Of a stretch of DNA of 48,498 nt, positions 22,104 through 30,772 are shown in pieces; the first letter of the stretch is position 1; every line of letters begins with the position of its first letter. Source of the DNA: Thermoleophilia bacterium (GTDB lineage Bacteria; Actinomycetota; Thermoleophilia; RBG-16-64-13); contig JADGPI010000132.1 in assembly GCA_017882525.1 (NCBI GenBank), positions 1 to 48,498 of the forward strand. Reading direction: 5' to 3'. Under the pieces are notes generated by a model. It worked only from the letters and a program-made list of their open reading frames with translations. It did not search any database and was not told the origin of the DNA. Position numbers and translations under genes: made by a program.

Positions 22104-22134
22104 ATTGTAGCGAGAGCACCGGACATTTTCCACA
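22104..22134 (-). promoter_or_regulatory. putative promoter of the GHKL-HTH/dnaA unit with a DnaA box over the -35
   Basis: TGGAAA (22132-22127)-17 nt-TACAAT (22109-22104); DnaA box TTTTCCACA at 22126-22134. Confidence 0.55.
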
Positions 22135-22643
22135 GGGCGTTCTGGCACCGAAGCGCGGAAATGGGCATCATTCTGTTATAAAAGTCGGCACGTAGCGATA
22201 CTTTGCCAGGCTCCTAGACCGCAGTTTTGCAGGTATAACGTTTGGTTATCAACAACATCCTCCACAGGTGTGGAAAACGTGCAGAATGGCAGAACGTTAA
22301 CCCCGCATACACCACCTTTTCTGGGGATAGTGGGGAAAGATGATTTCGTAAGGAGACGTTGTGGCCAACTCAAAGCGGGGTTTATGTGGAGATGGGAGGC
22401 ATGCTGACCGCCCCGGATCGACTTTGTCGGGGGCTCAGAGCGCTGATGGGGGGTGAGCAGTCTCCTTTTGGCCTGATTCAAGGGCCCCGATGGTGGGTCC
22501 TGGAACTCCGTGAGGTCTGGCCTATCTCGAACAGGTCGCGGGGTGCGCCCTGGGCGTGCGGCTGATCAGTTGAATCCACAACCCACGCCGGTGCCTCTGT
22601 CCGTTCTCGCGGCAATCCGAGAGGCTTATCCACAGAATCCACA
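22126..22643. other. upstream DnaA-box cluster (second part of oriC / regulatory region)
   Basis: TTTTCCACA 22126, TTATCAACA 22246, TCCTCCACA 22258, TGTGGAAAA 22269, TGGGGATAG 22322, TGTGGCCAA 22360, GAATCCACA 22572, TTATCCACA 22626, GAATCCACA 22635. Confidence 0.8.
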
Positions 22644-22752
22644 GGAAGCCTGTGTACGCCTGGGGCAGCGCGGCCGGACGCGCGGTGGGTCATAGTGGAA
22701 GAGCCGGAGACTAGCCGGCGGAGCGTCGGATGCTCGCACTACCGGCGTGTGA

Positions 22753-22781
22753 TTGACGGCGGGCTGGCCGACTTGTATACT
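22753..22781 (+). promoter_or_regulatory. sigma70/SigA promoter of the rpmH operon
   Basis: TTGACG-17 nt-TATACT about 100 bp upstream of rpmH. Confidence 0.75.
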
Positions 22782-22881
22782 TCGCGACCCTCTTACATGG
22801 CTGTTTGGGATGTTCCGAGGTGTTTTCATAGTGCGCGGCCGCCTTGTGGTGCTCGCGGTGCTGAGCGATAAGTGAGGAAAC

Positions 22882-23016
22882 GTGAAAAGGACGTATCAGC
22901 CGAACAAGCGCAAGCGGAAGAAGACCCACGGGTTTCGCGTGCGTATGAGCACAAAAGCAGGCCGGGCGGTTCTGAAGCGCAGGCGCGACAAGGGCCGCAA
23001 GCGTCTTTCGGCCTAG
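22882..23016 (+). CDS. rpmH: 50S ribosomal protein L34 (absent from the ORF track)
   Basis: GTG start; [44 protein letters not shown]. Confidence 0.98.
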   Translation: MKRTYQPNKRKRKKTHGFRVRMSTKAGRAVLKRRRDKGRKRLSA

Positions 23017-23022
23017 TATGGC

Positions 23023-23421
23023 GTGACTCGGTCTCGCGGCCGGCTGTCTCGCTCTGAGGACTTCGCCCGCGTCTACCGGTCGGGCCGGTCTGTTGCCAAT
23101 AGGTATCTCGTTCTATACTATTTCGAGCGCCCTCCGGCCGCGAGCGCGGGCGACGGCGCAGGATGTCCCAGGGTGGGGTTCTCAGTCTCAAAGCGCCTTG
23201 GCTCAGCAGTCGACAGAAATCGCATCAAGCGCGTCCTGCGCGAGGCGTATGGTTTGAATGGTCAGTCCTTCAGGGGGAACATGGACTTCGTATTGATCGC
23301 GCGCGAGCCTCTCGCCGAGCTGCTATCGGCGGAAGGCTTCAAAGCTGTGGAAGCGAAGATGATCGAAGTCTTCCGCAAAGCTTCTCTTTTGGCGCCTCCG
23401 GAGCACCTATCCACGTTGTGA
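23023..23421 (+). CDS. rnpA: ribonuclease P protein component
   Basis: RLSRSEDFARVY, RVGFSVSKRLGSAVDRNRIKRVLRE (RNR motif). Confidence 0.95.
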   Translation: MTRSRGRLSRSEDFARVYRSGRSVANRYLVLYYFERPPAASAGDGAGCPRVGFSVSKRLGSAVDRNRIKRVLREAYGLNGQSFRGNMDFVLIAREPLAELLSAEGFKAVEAKMIEVFRKASLLAPPEHLSTL

Positions 23422-23837
23422 GCAGCACCTCCAACCCAGTCCGGACCCTTTTGATCTGGGCCGTTCGCGCCTACCAGACGCTGATATCCCCTGCCCTTCC
23501 TCGATCCTGCAAGTATCACCCGTCTTGCTCGCAGTATGCGATCGATGCGTTCAGCCAGTACGGCGTCTTTCGGGGGTTTGTTCTCGCGACATGGAGGCTC
23601 ATGCGGTGCAATCCGCTGAGCTACGGAGGGTACGATCCTGTTGAACGGCAGAGGCTGTTCGAGCCCCGTCCCGTGCCGAGAGCCGACCAGCCGGAGCTGC
23701 GGGTGAATCTCGCCCGCAAAGGCTCATCGCTTCATTCGCGGAAGCATGAGAACGTTACCTGCGACGGGCAGGCTCTCCATGGCGCCGGCCTTCAACCCTT
23801 CCAGGCATTCGCCGGGAGCCGGTCGGTGGAGCAATGA
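23418..23837 (+). CDS. yidD: membrane protein insertion efficiency factor YidD with C-terminal extension
   Basis: YQTLISP...CKYHPSCSQYA...G..LATWRLMRCNP...GGYDPV; GTGA overlap with the rnpA stop. Confidence 0.92.
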   Translation: MSSTSNPVRTLLIWAVRAYQTLISPALPRSCKYHPSCSQYAIDAFSQYGVFRGFVLATWRLMRCNPLSYGGYDPVERQRLFEPRPVPRADQPELRVNLARKGSSLHSRKHENVTCDGQALHGAGLQPFQAFAGSRSVEQ

Positions 23838-24757
23838 ACTCGATAGCCAACCTGCTCAGTCCCCTCAGCAAGTTCTTCTTTGCCATTCTCAAGTTCCTTC
23901 ACGGTGGTCATCCGGTGCCTGGCAGCCCGAACCTATGGGTTGGCGGAGTGATGAGTTGGGCTTGGGCAATCGTGCTTCTGACCGTGATCGTGCGGATCGT
24001 GCTCATTCCGCTCACGTGGCGGCAGATCAAGAGCATGCGTGCCATGCAGGCTCTTCAGCCGCGGATCAAGGAATTGCAGGACAAGTACAAAGGCGACCGG
24101 CCGCTTCTCCAGCAGAAGACCATGGAGTTCTATCAGGAGAACAAGGTCAGTCCGTTCGGGTCCTGTTTGCCGCTGATCCTCCAGCTGCCGGTGTTCTTTG
24201 GCCTTTACTACATGCTCAGGGGCCAGTCGGGCGTAAGCCAAGCCGGTGTGCAAGGAGTGCTGATAGGCCAGCCCTGGCTCTGGATACACGACATCACCAA
24301 GTTCGATCTTCTGTTGATGTTCCTGTACATAGCCAGCCAGTTCGTCGCCTCGTGGCAGACGGCTCGCAACGCCGGCGGGCAGCAGAAGATGATCGCGTAT
24401 TTCATGCCGGTGATGGTGGGGATATTCATGTTCGTCGGCAAGTGGCCGGCCGGTCTGTTCATTTACTGGTTCACATCCAACCTATGGACCATCGTTCAGC
24501 AATTCGTCGCTGAAAGAATCATGCCCACGCCGATCCCGATTCAGGCGAGTGCGGTGTCAACACGTGGGGGACCAGCGAAGCCCCCCGCGAAGACTCCCGC
24601 TCGAGTGACGCCTGGGAAACCCGGGGCTCGGCCGGCAGTAAAGAGCGGAGGCAAGCCAAGTGGCCAAAAAGCGGGGACAACAGGGAAGCAAACAGGTGGC
24701 CAGAGCCAACGGCCCAACCGTGGAGCAGGCCGTCCAAAGGGCACTCGCGGAACTTGA
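23834..24757 (+). CDS. yidC: membrane protein insertase YidC (short monoderm type, basic tail)
   Basis: WAWAIVLLTVIVR, MQALQP.IKELQ.KYK, CLPLILQLPVF, PAGLFIYW.TSN. Confidence 0.95.
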   Translation: MNSIANLLSPLSKFFFAILKFLHGGHPVPGSPNLWVGGVMSWAWAIVLLTVIVRIVLIPLTWRQIKSMRAMQALQPRIKELQDKYKGDRPLLQQKTMEFYQENKVSPFGSCLPLILQLPVFFGLYYMLRGQSGVSQAGVQGVLIGQPWLWIHDITKFDLLLMFLYIASQFVASWQTARNAGGQQKMIAYFMPVMVGIFMFVGKWPAGLFIYWFTSNLWTIVQQFVAERIMPTPIPIQASAVSTRGGPAKPPAKTPARVTPGKPGARPAVKSGGKPSGQKAGTTGKQTGGQSQRPNRGAGRPKGTRGT

Positions 24758-25427
24758 TTTTGCGCCAGGAGAGCTAGCGGAGGACCAGTACGAGGTAATC
24801 ATCCTCGTCCCACCGGAAGAAGGGTTCATGGGTGTGGGCGCGGTCGACGCATTCGTTGAGGTGGCGCTCACGGACGAAGCCTTTGACTTCTTTGGGCCGG
24901 AGGCCGACGAGCAACCTGCGGGCCTTCTGGAAGACGAGTATGAAGATGACGATGAGGATACATTCGATCCCGATGAGACGCCGGAAGCGCACCGACTGAG
25001 AGCGTTTCTCAAACGGGTGCTGGACGAGCTGGATCTGGAGGCGAGAGTCCGCGTCACCGAAAGACCTGACGAGCTCTACGCTGAGGTAACCGGGGAGGAT
25101 CTCGGGATATTCATCGGCCGAAGAGGTCAGACGATCGATGCGGTGGAATACCTGGCGAGCATCGCGGTATTCCCCGAACCGCAAGATCGCAAGCATGTCG
25201 AGGTAGACGCCGAGGGGTATAAGGAGCGGCGGAGGCATCAGATCGAGCGGGTGGCTCTCCGCAAAGCTCAAGAGGTGGCTCGACGCGGCCAGCCTGTTCA
25301 GCTCACTCCGATGACCGCGGCCGAGCGCAAGATCGTTCACGTTGCGCTCAAGAACCGTCCCGATGTTGTGACTGCGAGCCAGGGCCGGGAGCCCAATCGC
25401 TCAGTCGTTATTTCGCCTGCCCCATAG
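24660..25427 (+). CDS. jag: Jag/EloR/KhpB RNA-binding protein (Jag_N, KH, R3H)
   Basis: GPTVEQAVQRAL.EL (Jag_N), IGRRGQTIDA (KH), ERKIVH and SQGREPNR (R3H); GGAGG SD before GTG. Confidence 0.93.
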   Translation: MAKKRGQQGSKQVARANGPTVEQAVQRALAELDFAPGELAEDQYEVIILVPPEEGFMGVGAVDAFVEVALTDEAFDFFGPEADEQPAGLLEDEYEDDDEDTFDPDETPEAHRLRAFLKRVLDELDLEARVRVTERPDELYAEVTGEDLGIFIGRRGQTIDAVEYLASIAVFPEPQDRKHVEVDAEGYKERRRHQIERVALRKAQEVARRGQPVQLTPMTAAERKIVHVALKNRPDVVTASQGREPNRSVVISPAP

Positions 25428-25772
25428 GCCGGCGGCGAAGCTTGCACATTGGCGGATTCTCCCGGCGACGGCCGCCGCGTGCACCTTCGGTTCGGCGGGC
25501 ACTTGCGCCGCGGGTGGGCTGACTGAGGCCGGCTCCTGAGCCGAACTGGTGGGCGGACGCAGCCAACCTGGCGTCGGTCGCTCCCTCGCGTGTGGGCGGT
25601 CGGATCCTCCAAAATGGTCGGCCTCCCGGTTTTCTGGCATCATCTCTGCCCCTGGGCACGGGAGGTAGCTGGCGCCAAGGGGACGACGAGGCTTGGCAAG
25701 GGGATCTTGGGCGCGCGTCCGGCCAGAATCTTCAACGACAGACAGACCCACAAGCGGTCGAGAGATCGGCAA

Positions 25773-27206
25773 ATGAGCATTGACCTTCGCAGCGACTCTG
25801 GTGTGGCCAGCGCGGATACCATCGTAGCAATGTCAACGGCGCCCGGCCGGGGGGCGATCGGCATCGTCAGGATGAGCGGGCCGGAGGCTCTCCGCATAGC
25901 AGAGATGGCCTTCAGACCGGCCAGAGGGCCCGGCCTTGATCCGGACGAGACTCATCGTGTTCTGTACGGACACGTGCTGGGCAGAGGGGGCGACTCCGTC
26001 ATAGACGAGGCGCTCCTGGTTGTCATGTTGGCCCCTCGGACATACACCCGCGAAGACGTCGTTGAGATCCACTGCCACGGTGGACCGGCCGCACAGCGAG
26101 AGGTTCTTCGCGAGATTATCGGACTCGGCGCCCGGCTGGCGGATCCAGGCGAGTTCACCCGCCGAGCTTTCGTCAACGGCCGAATCGACCTAACACAGGC
26201 AGAAAGCGTGGCCTCTATCGTTTCGGCCAAGAGCAGCGCCGCGTTGAGGGCCTCTGTGCGACAACTTGGAGGCGGTCTTTCCGACAAGCTGCGGGCCGTC
26301 CGCAAGCGTCTGATAGAGGTCCTCGCTCAACTCGAGGTGACCGTCGACTTCGCCGACGAGGATGTCGACAACGTAGATTGGGCGAACGCCGTTGCGACGC
26401 TTGGCTCGGTCGAAACGGAGTTGCGCTCACTTCTCGACACTGCTTTTCTCGGAAGAGCGCTCGAGCAAGGAGTCAGCACGGCGATAGTCGGCCGACCGAA
26501 TGTCGGCAAGAGCTCGCTGCTCAACGCGCTTCTGATGAAAGAGCGAGCAATCGTGTCGGAGATTCCCGGGACGACCCGGGACACGGTCGAGGAATTGATC
26601 GAGATCGGGGGCATCCCGCTCCATCTGGTCGACACGGCTGGAATCAGAAGCGGCGGGGATCACATCGAGCAAATGGGTGTAGAAAGGTCCCGCCAAGCCA
26701 TGGAAGAGGCAGATCTGGTACTTGCGGTGTTTGATCTGTCGATTCCATGGGAGCCGGCGGATACCGGACTGCTTGAGGGATTGGATCCCGCGCGGTCCAT
26801 TGTAGTTGGCAACAAGGTAGATCTTGTTCAGGAGTCTGACGTCCGGCGACTTACCGAGAAGGTCGCGGTTGCCACGGGGCGTGAGGACTGGTCGATCTGC
26901 GCGGTCTCGGCGGCGGTGGGCAGCGGACTCGGCGAACTCCGCGAAACGATCCAACGGAAGGTCGCCGGGGAACAGGGAATGCATCTCGAGGAACCGATGC
27001 TGGCGACTGAGCGGCAGCGGAACCTAGTCAAAGAAGCGCTAGAGGGAACGGAAGCGGCCCTGGAGGGTTCTAAGAGGGCCGAATACGAGGAACTGGTGTG
27101 CGAGGATATCCGTGTTGCAGTGAAGGCCCTGGGGCTTATCACGGGCCAAGAGATAACGAGCGACCTGCTTGACGAGATCTTTAGTCGTTTCTGTATCGGG
27201 AAGTAA
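25773..27206 (+). CDS. mnmE: tRNA modification GTPase MnmE
   Basis: DTIVAMSTAPG.GAIGIVRMSG, EIHCHGG, PGEFTRRAF.NG, GRPNVGKSS, GTTRD, DTAG, NKVD, FCIGK; start set at ATG 25773. Confidence 0.97.
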   Translation: MSIDLRSDSGVASADTIVAMSTAPGRGAIGIVRMSGPEALRIAEMAFRPARGPGLDPDETHRVLYGHVLGRGGDSVIDEALLVVMLAPRTYTREDVVEIHCHGGPAAQREVLREIIGLGARLADPGEFTRRAFVNGRIDLTQAESVASIVSAKSSAALRASVRQLGGGLSDKLRAVRKRLIEVLAQLEVTVDFADEDVDNVDWANAVATLGSVETELRSLLDTAFLGRALEQGVSTAIVGRPNVGKSSLLNALLMKERAIVSEIPGTTRDTVEELIEIGGIPLHLVDTAGIRSGGDHIEQMGVERSRQAMEEADLVLAVFDLSIPWEPADTGLLEGLDPARSIVVGNKVDLVQESDVRRLTEKVAVATGREDWSICAVSAAVGSGLGELRETIQRKVAGEQGMHLEEPMLATERQRNLVKEALEGTEAALEGSKRAEYEELVCEDIRVAVKALGLITGQEITSDLLDEIFSRFCIGK

Positions 27207-27253
27207 GGCGGAGACCGTGGTAGGAGTGGCCCACGACCCAACGGAGTGGCCCG

Positions 27254-28762
27254 ATGATCATTAGGGAGCCAAGTGAGCCAAGGGAGCCTTGCCTGGACTC
27301 TCGTCTGGAGTCTCACGCGAGTGGCGCGGTCTTCCCACTCACTGACGGCAGTCGTGGATCTGCCAGCGATGCGCCCCTCGCGGGTACTAGTGCGGGCGAT
27401 CGGCTTGAGGTCTTGATCGTGGGCGGCGGAGTGTCGGGCTGCGCTTGCGCAGCGTCCCTGGCGGTCGCGGGAGCAAGAGTCATACTCGTTAACAGCGCCC
27501 TGGACGTTCTGGGCCTGCCGGGACACGGTCCGGCATTGTTGCCATGTCGTGGCGGCGGGTGGAGCGAGATAGGCGAAGTGTTAGGCGGGCTCCCGAGCCG
27601 TCTTCGGTGGGCGTGGCTGTGTTCGGCGAGTGTCCCCATTGATGGGAGCCCCTGTTTGCTTGTCGACCGACGAGCTGTGAGTTTAGAAGCGAAAAGGGCC
27701 CTTGAAGGCGTCGCCGGGATAGAGTTCCGCCAAGGTCTCGTCGTCGATGTGAGGCCAGCCAAGGGAGGTGCTGCGAACGTGGAGACCAGCGTTACCCCTG
27801 CCCCGGGGAGCGCGCCGGAGGGTGAGAGCTCTGGGAGGAGCAGCGGCGCCGTGCAGCCTGATCGTCGGCGGGTGGAGGTCGTCACCGCGTTCGGGGAGGT
27901 GTTTGCTGGCGACGTAGCCATCATTGCGGTGGGCCTCGGCCTTGGCGGGCGCATCCTGGTCGGCGACGACTCCATGGCCGGCGGCAGATACGGCGAAGTC
28001 GCTGCCGACTTGCTGATGCAGTCCCTCGAAGACCAGGGGGTCAAGTTCCAGTCCGTGGAAGTGGACGAGGGAAGACGGATCTCTGGTAGCAGGTTGGGTA
28101 GCCTCGAGCGTGCCGGGAGGAGGCTGAGTAAGCGCGACGTCGAAGGGACCATTACCGCGCGCTCACTAACAGCCGCCCGGCCAACAGCGGCCTCGTCGGC
28201 CTCTGCGCCACTTGATGATGGAGCCGATCGGTTTCCCGGGGAGCTGCTTGAAGCCCGAGAGGCCCTATTGCGCGTCGCCATGGGCACGGAGGTTGGCGAC
28301 GCCATGGAGCGAGATTCTTGGCGGATGGATTACCCGCTTGCCCCGCACAGGATGGATGAGCTTCGGCGACGCGGGGTGGTGCTGCATCTCAGGACGGCGT
28401 CGCTGGGTGCAAACGGGTCCGAGCCGCTCGTGAGCCCGGATGGCGGCGCTACCGGCGAACTCTATGTTTCCGGGGAGGGTCTTGCAATTCTGGAGGAGGA
28501 CCTCCCGGCGGCTCGGCTGGAGCACGTGATTACCGCCGAGGTGATCGCCGATGCGCAGGGAGGGGGAAGAGTCGCGGAGATCGACGGTGTCTGGGTGGTC
28601 GGCCAGGCGGCCGGAGCAAAGGGGTATCTGGACAGTCTTCAGTCAGGCATAGAAGTGGCTCGCGCGATCATGAGTGACTATCGGACACAAAAGGAACACA
28701 TGATGGCCGGGGGATCGCCGGGGCGTCGCGTCCCCGGACTCGGAAGAAGTAGTTGGTCATGA
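27254..28762 (+). CDS. divergent MnmG/GidA paralogue (FAD-binding part only); start uncertain
   Basis: VLIVGGGVSGC, AVGLGLGGRILVGDDSMAGGRYGE, GVWVVGQAAGAKGYLDSLQSG align to MnmG; no catalytic Cys motifs and no C-terminal domain. Confidence 0.75.
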   Translation: MIIREPSEPREPCLDSRLESHASGAVFPLTDGSRGSASDAPLAGTSAGDRLEVLIVGGGVSGCACAASLAVAGARVILVNSALDVLGLPGHGPALLPCRGGGWSEIGEVLGGLPSRLRWAWLCSASVPIDGSPCLLVDRRAVSLEAKRALEGVAGIEFRQGLVVDVRPAKGGAANVETSVTPAPGSAPEGESSGRSSGAVQPDRRRVEVVTAFGEVFAGDVAIIAVGLGLGGRILVGDDSMAGGRYGEVAADLLMQSLEDQGVKFQSVEVDEGRRISGSRLGSLERAGRRLSKRDVEGTITARSLTAARPTAASSASAPLDDGADRFPGELLEAREALLRVAMGTEVGDAMERDSWRMDYPLAPHRMDELRRRGVVLHLRTASLGANGSEPLVSPDGGATGELYVSGEGLAILEEDLPAARLEHVITAEVIADAQGGGRVAEIDGVWVVGQAAGAKGYLDSLQSGIEVARAIMSDYRTQKEHMMAGGSPGRRVPGLGRSSWS

Positions 28763-30717
28763 CCCGAAGAGAGTGGACATACGACGTCCTGGTGGTTGGC
28801 GGGGGTCACGCGGGGTGTGAGGCAGCCCTCGCATCGGCCCGCATGGGATGCCGCACGGCCCTGATTACGCTCAGCCTCGACAAGATCGCGCTCATGCCCT
28901 GCAATCCCGCGATCGGCGGAGTCGGAAAGGGTCAACTAACTCGAGAGATCGATGCATTGGGGGGAGAACAAGGACGCAATACCGACAGGGCGTTCATCCA
29001 GATCAAGATGCTCAATACGTCAAAGGGTCCCGCTGTGCGGGCGCTGCGTGCGCAGGCCGACAAGAGACTCTACGAGGACTGGATGAAGGTGGTGTTGTCG
29101 AGAACCCCTGGGCTTGACCTGGTCCAGGGCGAAGTCGCGAAGCTGATTGTTTCACGTGAAACAATCAAGGGCCTGAGGCTTGCCGACGGCCGAGTGCTCT
29201 CAGCGAGGGCCGTCATACTGGCGACCGGGACCTTCCTGCGCGGAAAGATCGTCATCGGAGACAAGAGTTACGCAGCGGGCCGTGTCGGTGAACTCCCCGC
29301 GCAGCTCCTCTCGGAAAGCTTGCGCGCGGAAAACCTTGAGCTGGCCAGGTTTCAATCCGCCACTCCGCCCCGCATCGATGGGAGCACCATCGATCGGGAG
29401 CGAATGCTGCTGCAAGTGGGCGACCCTGGGAGCCTTTCGTTTTCTCATTGGGAGGTACCATCCCCGCGGACACAGGTGCCCTGCTACCTCACTCACACAA
29501 CAAGGCGCACACATGAAGTAGTTGCGAAGCACCTCCACCTCAGTCCATTGAAGAGCGGCTCCGTTAGCGGGAAAGGCCCCAGATACTGCCCGTCGATCGA
29601 CAGGAAGCTCATCAACTTCCCAGATAGAGAGCAGCACCCCGTTTTCGTCGAGCCCGAAGGCATCATGACGAAAGAGATGTACCTGCAAGGCTTGACGACA
29701 AGTCTCCCCGTTTTCGTTCAGGAGATGATCATTCGCGCCACGCCCGGGCTTGAACGTGCGCGGTTGGTGAGGCCAGGGTATGCGGTCGAGTACGACTATC
29801 TCCCGCCTGAGCAGCTTTCGCTGACCCTGGAGACCAGGGCCGTTCACGGTTTGTTCTCGGCCGGTCAGCTTAACGGCACCTCGGGCTATGAGGAAGCGGC
29901 TGCCCAAGGGCTCATAGCTGGGATCAACGCAGCACTTCAGGTGAAGGAGGAGCCGCCTCTGATTCTTCGGCGCGACCAGGGGTATATCGGCGTGCTGGTC
30001 GATGACCTGGTGACGAAAGGCGTGGATGAGCCCTACCGGATGTTCACGTCTCGGGCTGAATATCGCCTGCTGTTGCGTCACGACAACGCTTCGCAAAGAC
30101 TCTCTTCCATAGGCCACTCGCTTGGGCTTATCGGCGAGGCGCAGCTTGCCAAGGTCGACGAGAAGGAACGGCAGATCCGCGAGTACGGAGAGATGCTGGA
30201 AACGTCTTGTGTCAAGTCGAGCCCAGAAACCGACGAGCTACTAGAAACGCTGGGGACTGCACGGCTCGAGGAATCGCAGACCGCAGCAAAGGTCCTCAGG
30301 CGGCCCCAGGTCACCTTCGACCAGCTGTTGAGTATGTTGTCGCAGCATGACCGCGAGCGATTGGAGACCGTTCCGACCGAGGTGCTCGAGCAGCTTCTCG
30401 TCCACGCTCGCTACGAGGGTTACATTCGCCGTCAACTGGCAGAGATCCGCCGTCACCGCGCTACAGAGACCATGGCTATTCCTTCAGACTTCGACTATGC
30501 GCCCCTGGAGGGGTTGACTTTCGAAGCAAAGGACAAGATGGGTCGTCTTCGTCCTGCGACCCTCGGTCAAGCGTCGCGTATACCCGGTGTCTCACCGGCC
30601 GACATTTCGGTTCTCCTGGTGCACGTTCACCGGGCGGGCGCAGGGAGAAGCAGGCCAAGGCGCCATTCGGGCGCGGAAATCACGGTAGTCGAGGGGGAAC
30701 CCCCTGAGACTTGCTGA
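28759..30717 (+). CDS. mnmG: tRNA uridine-5-carboxymethylaminomethyl(34) synthesis enzyme MnmG
   Basis: GGGHAGCEA, MPCNPAIGG, GPRYCPS, AGQLNGTSGYEEAAAQG, YRMFTSRAEYRL, ASRIPGVSPAD. Confidence 0.96.
   Translation: MTRREWTYDVLVVGGGHAGCEAALASARMGCRTALITLSLDKIALMPCNPAIGGVGKGQLTREIDALGGEQGRNTDRAFIQIKMLNTSKGPAVRALRAQADKRLYEDWMKVVLSRTPGLDLVQGEVAKLIVSRETIKGLRLADGRVLSARAVILATGTFLRGKIVIGDKSYAAGRVGELPAQLLSESLRAENLELARFQSATPPRIDGSTIDRERMLLQVGDPGSLSFSHWEVPSPRTQVPCYLTHTTRRTHEVVAKHLHLSPLKSGSVSGKGPRYCPSIDRKLINFPDREQHPVFVEPEGIMTKEMYLQGLTTSLPVFVQEMIIRATPGLERARLVRPGYAVEYDYLPPEQLSLTLETRAVHGLFSAGQLNGTSGYEEAAAQGLIAGINAALQVKEEPPLILRRDQGYIGVLVDDLVTKGVDEPYRMFTSRAEYRLLLRHDNASQRLSSIGHSLGLIGEAQLAKVDEKERQIREYGEMLETSCVKSSPETDELLETLGTARLEESQTAAKVLRRPQVTFDQLLSMLSQHDRERLETVPTEVLEQLLVHARYEGYIRRQLAEIRRHRATETMAIPSDFDYAPLEGLTFEAKDKMGRLRPATLGQASRIPGVSPADISVLLVHVHRAGAGRSRPRRHSGAEITVVEGEPPETC
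29148..29163. promoter_or_regulatory. parS centromere site within mnmG
   Basis: Perfect palindrome TGTTTCACGTGAAACA, about 2.3 kb from parAB. Confidence 0.92.
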
Positions 30718-30772
30718 AGGTGAACGCTATACGGCTAGGGGCCTAGGGGCCTCCGCTCAAACAGGGCTTGCG

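Noticed and set aside
22176-22929. Several 60-100 aa ORFs between the GHKL gene and rpmH
   Set aside because: They overlap DnaA boxes and promoters and lack coding-like composition; the region is better explained as origin/regulatory DNA
25428-25772. 345-bp jag-mnmE gap as an ncRNA or an N-terminal extension of MnmE
   Set aside because: Only short GC-rich stems expected by chance; no recognisable RNA motif; MnmE homology starts after ATG 25773
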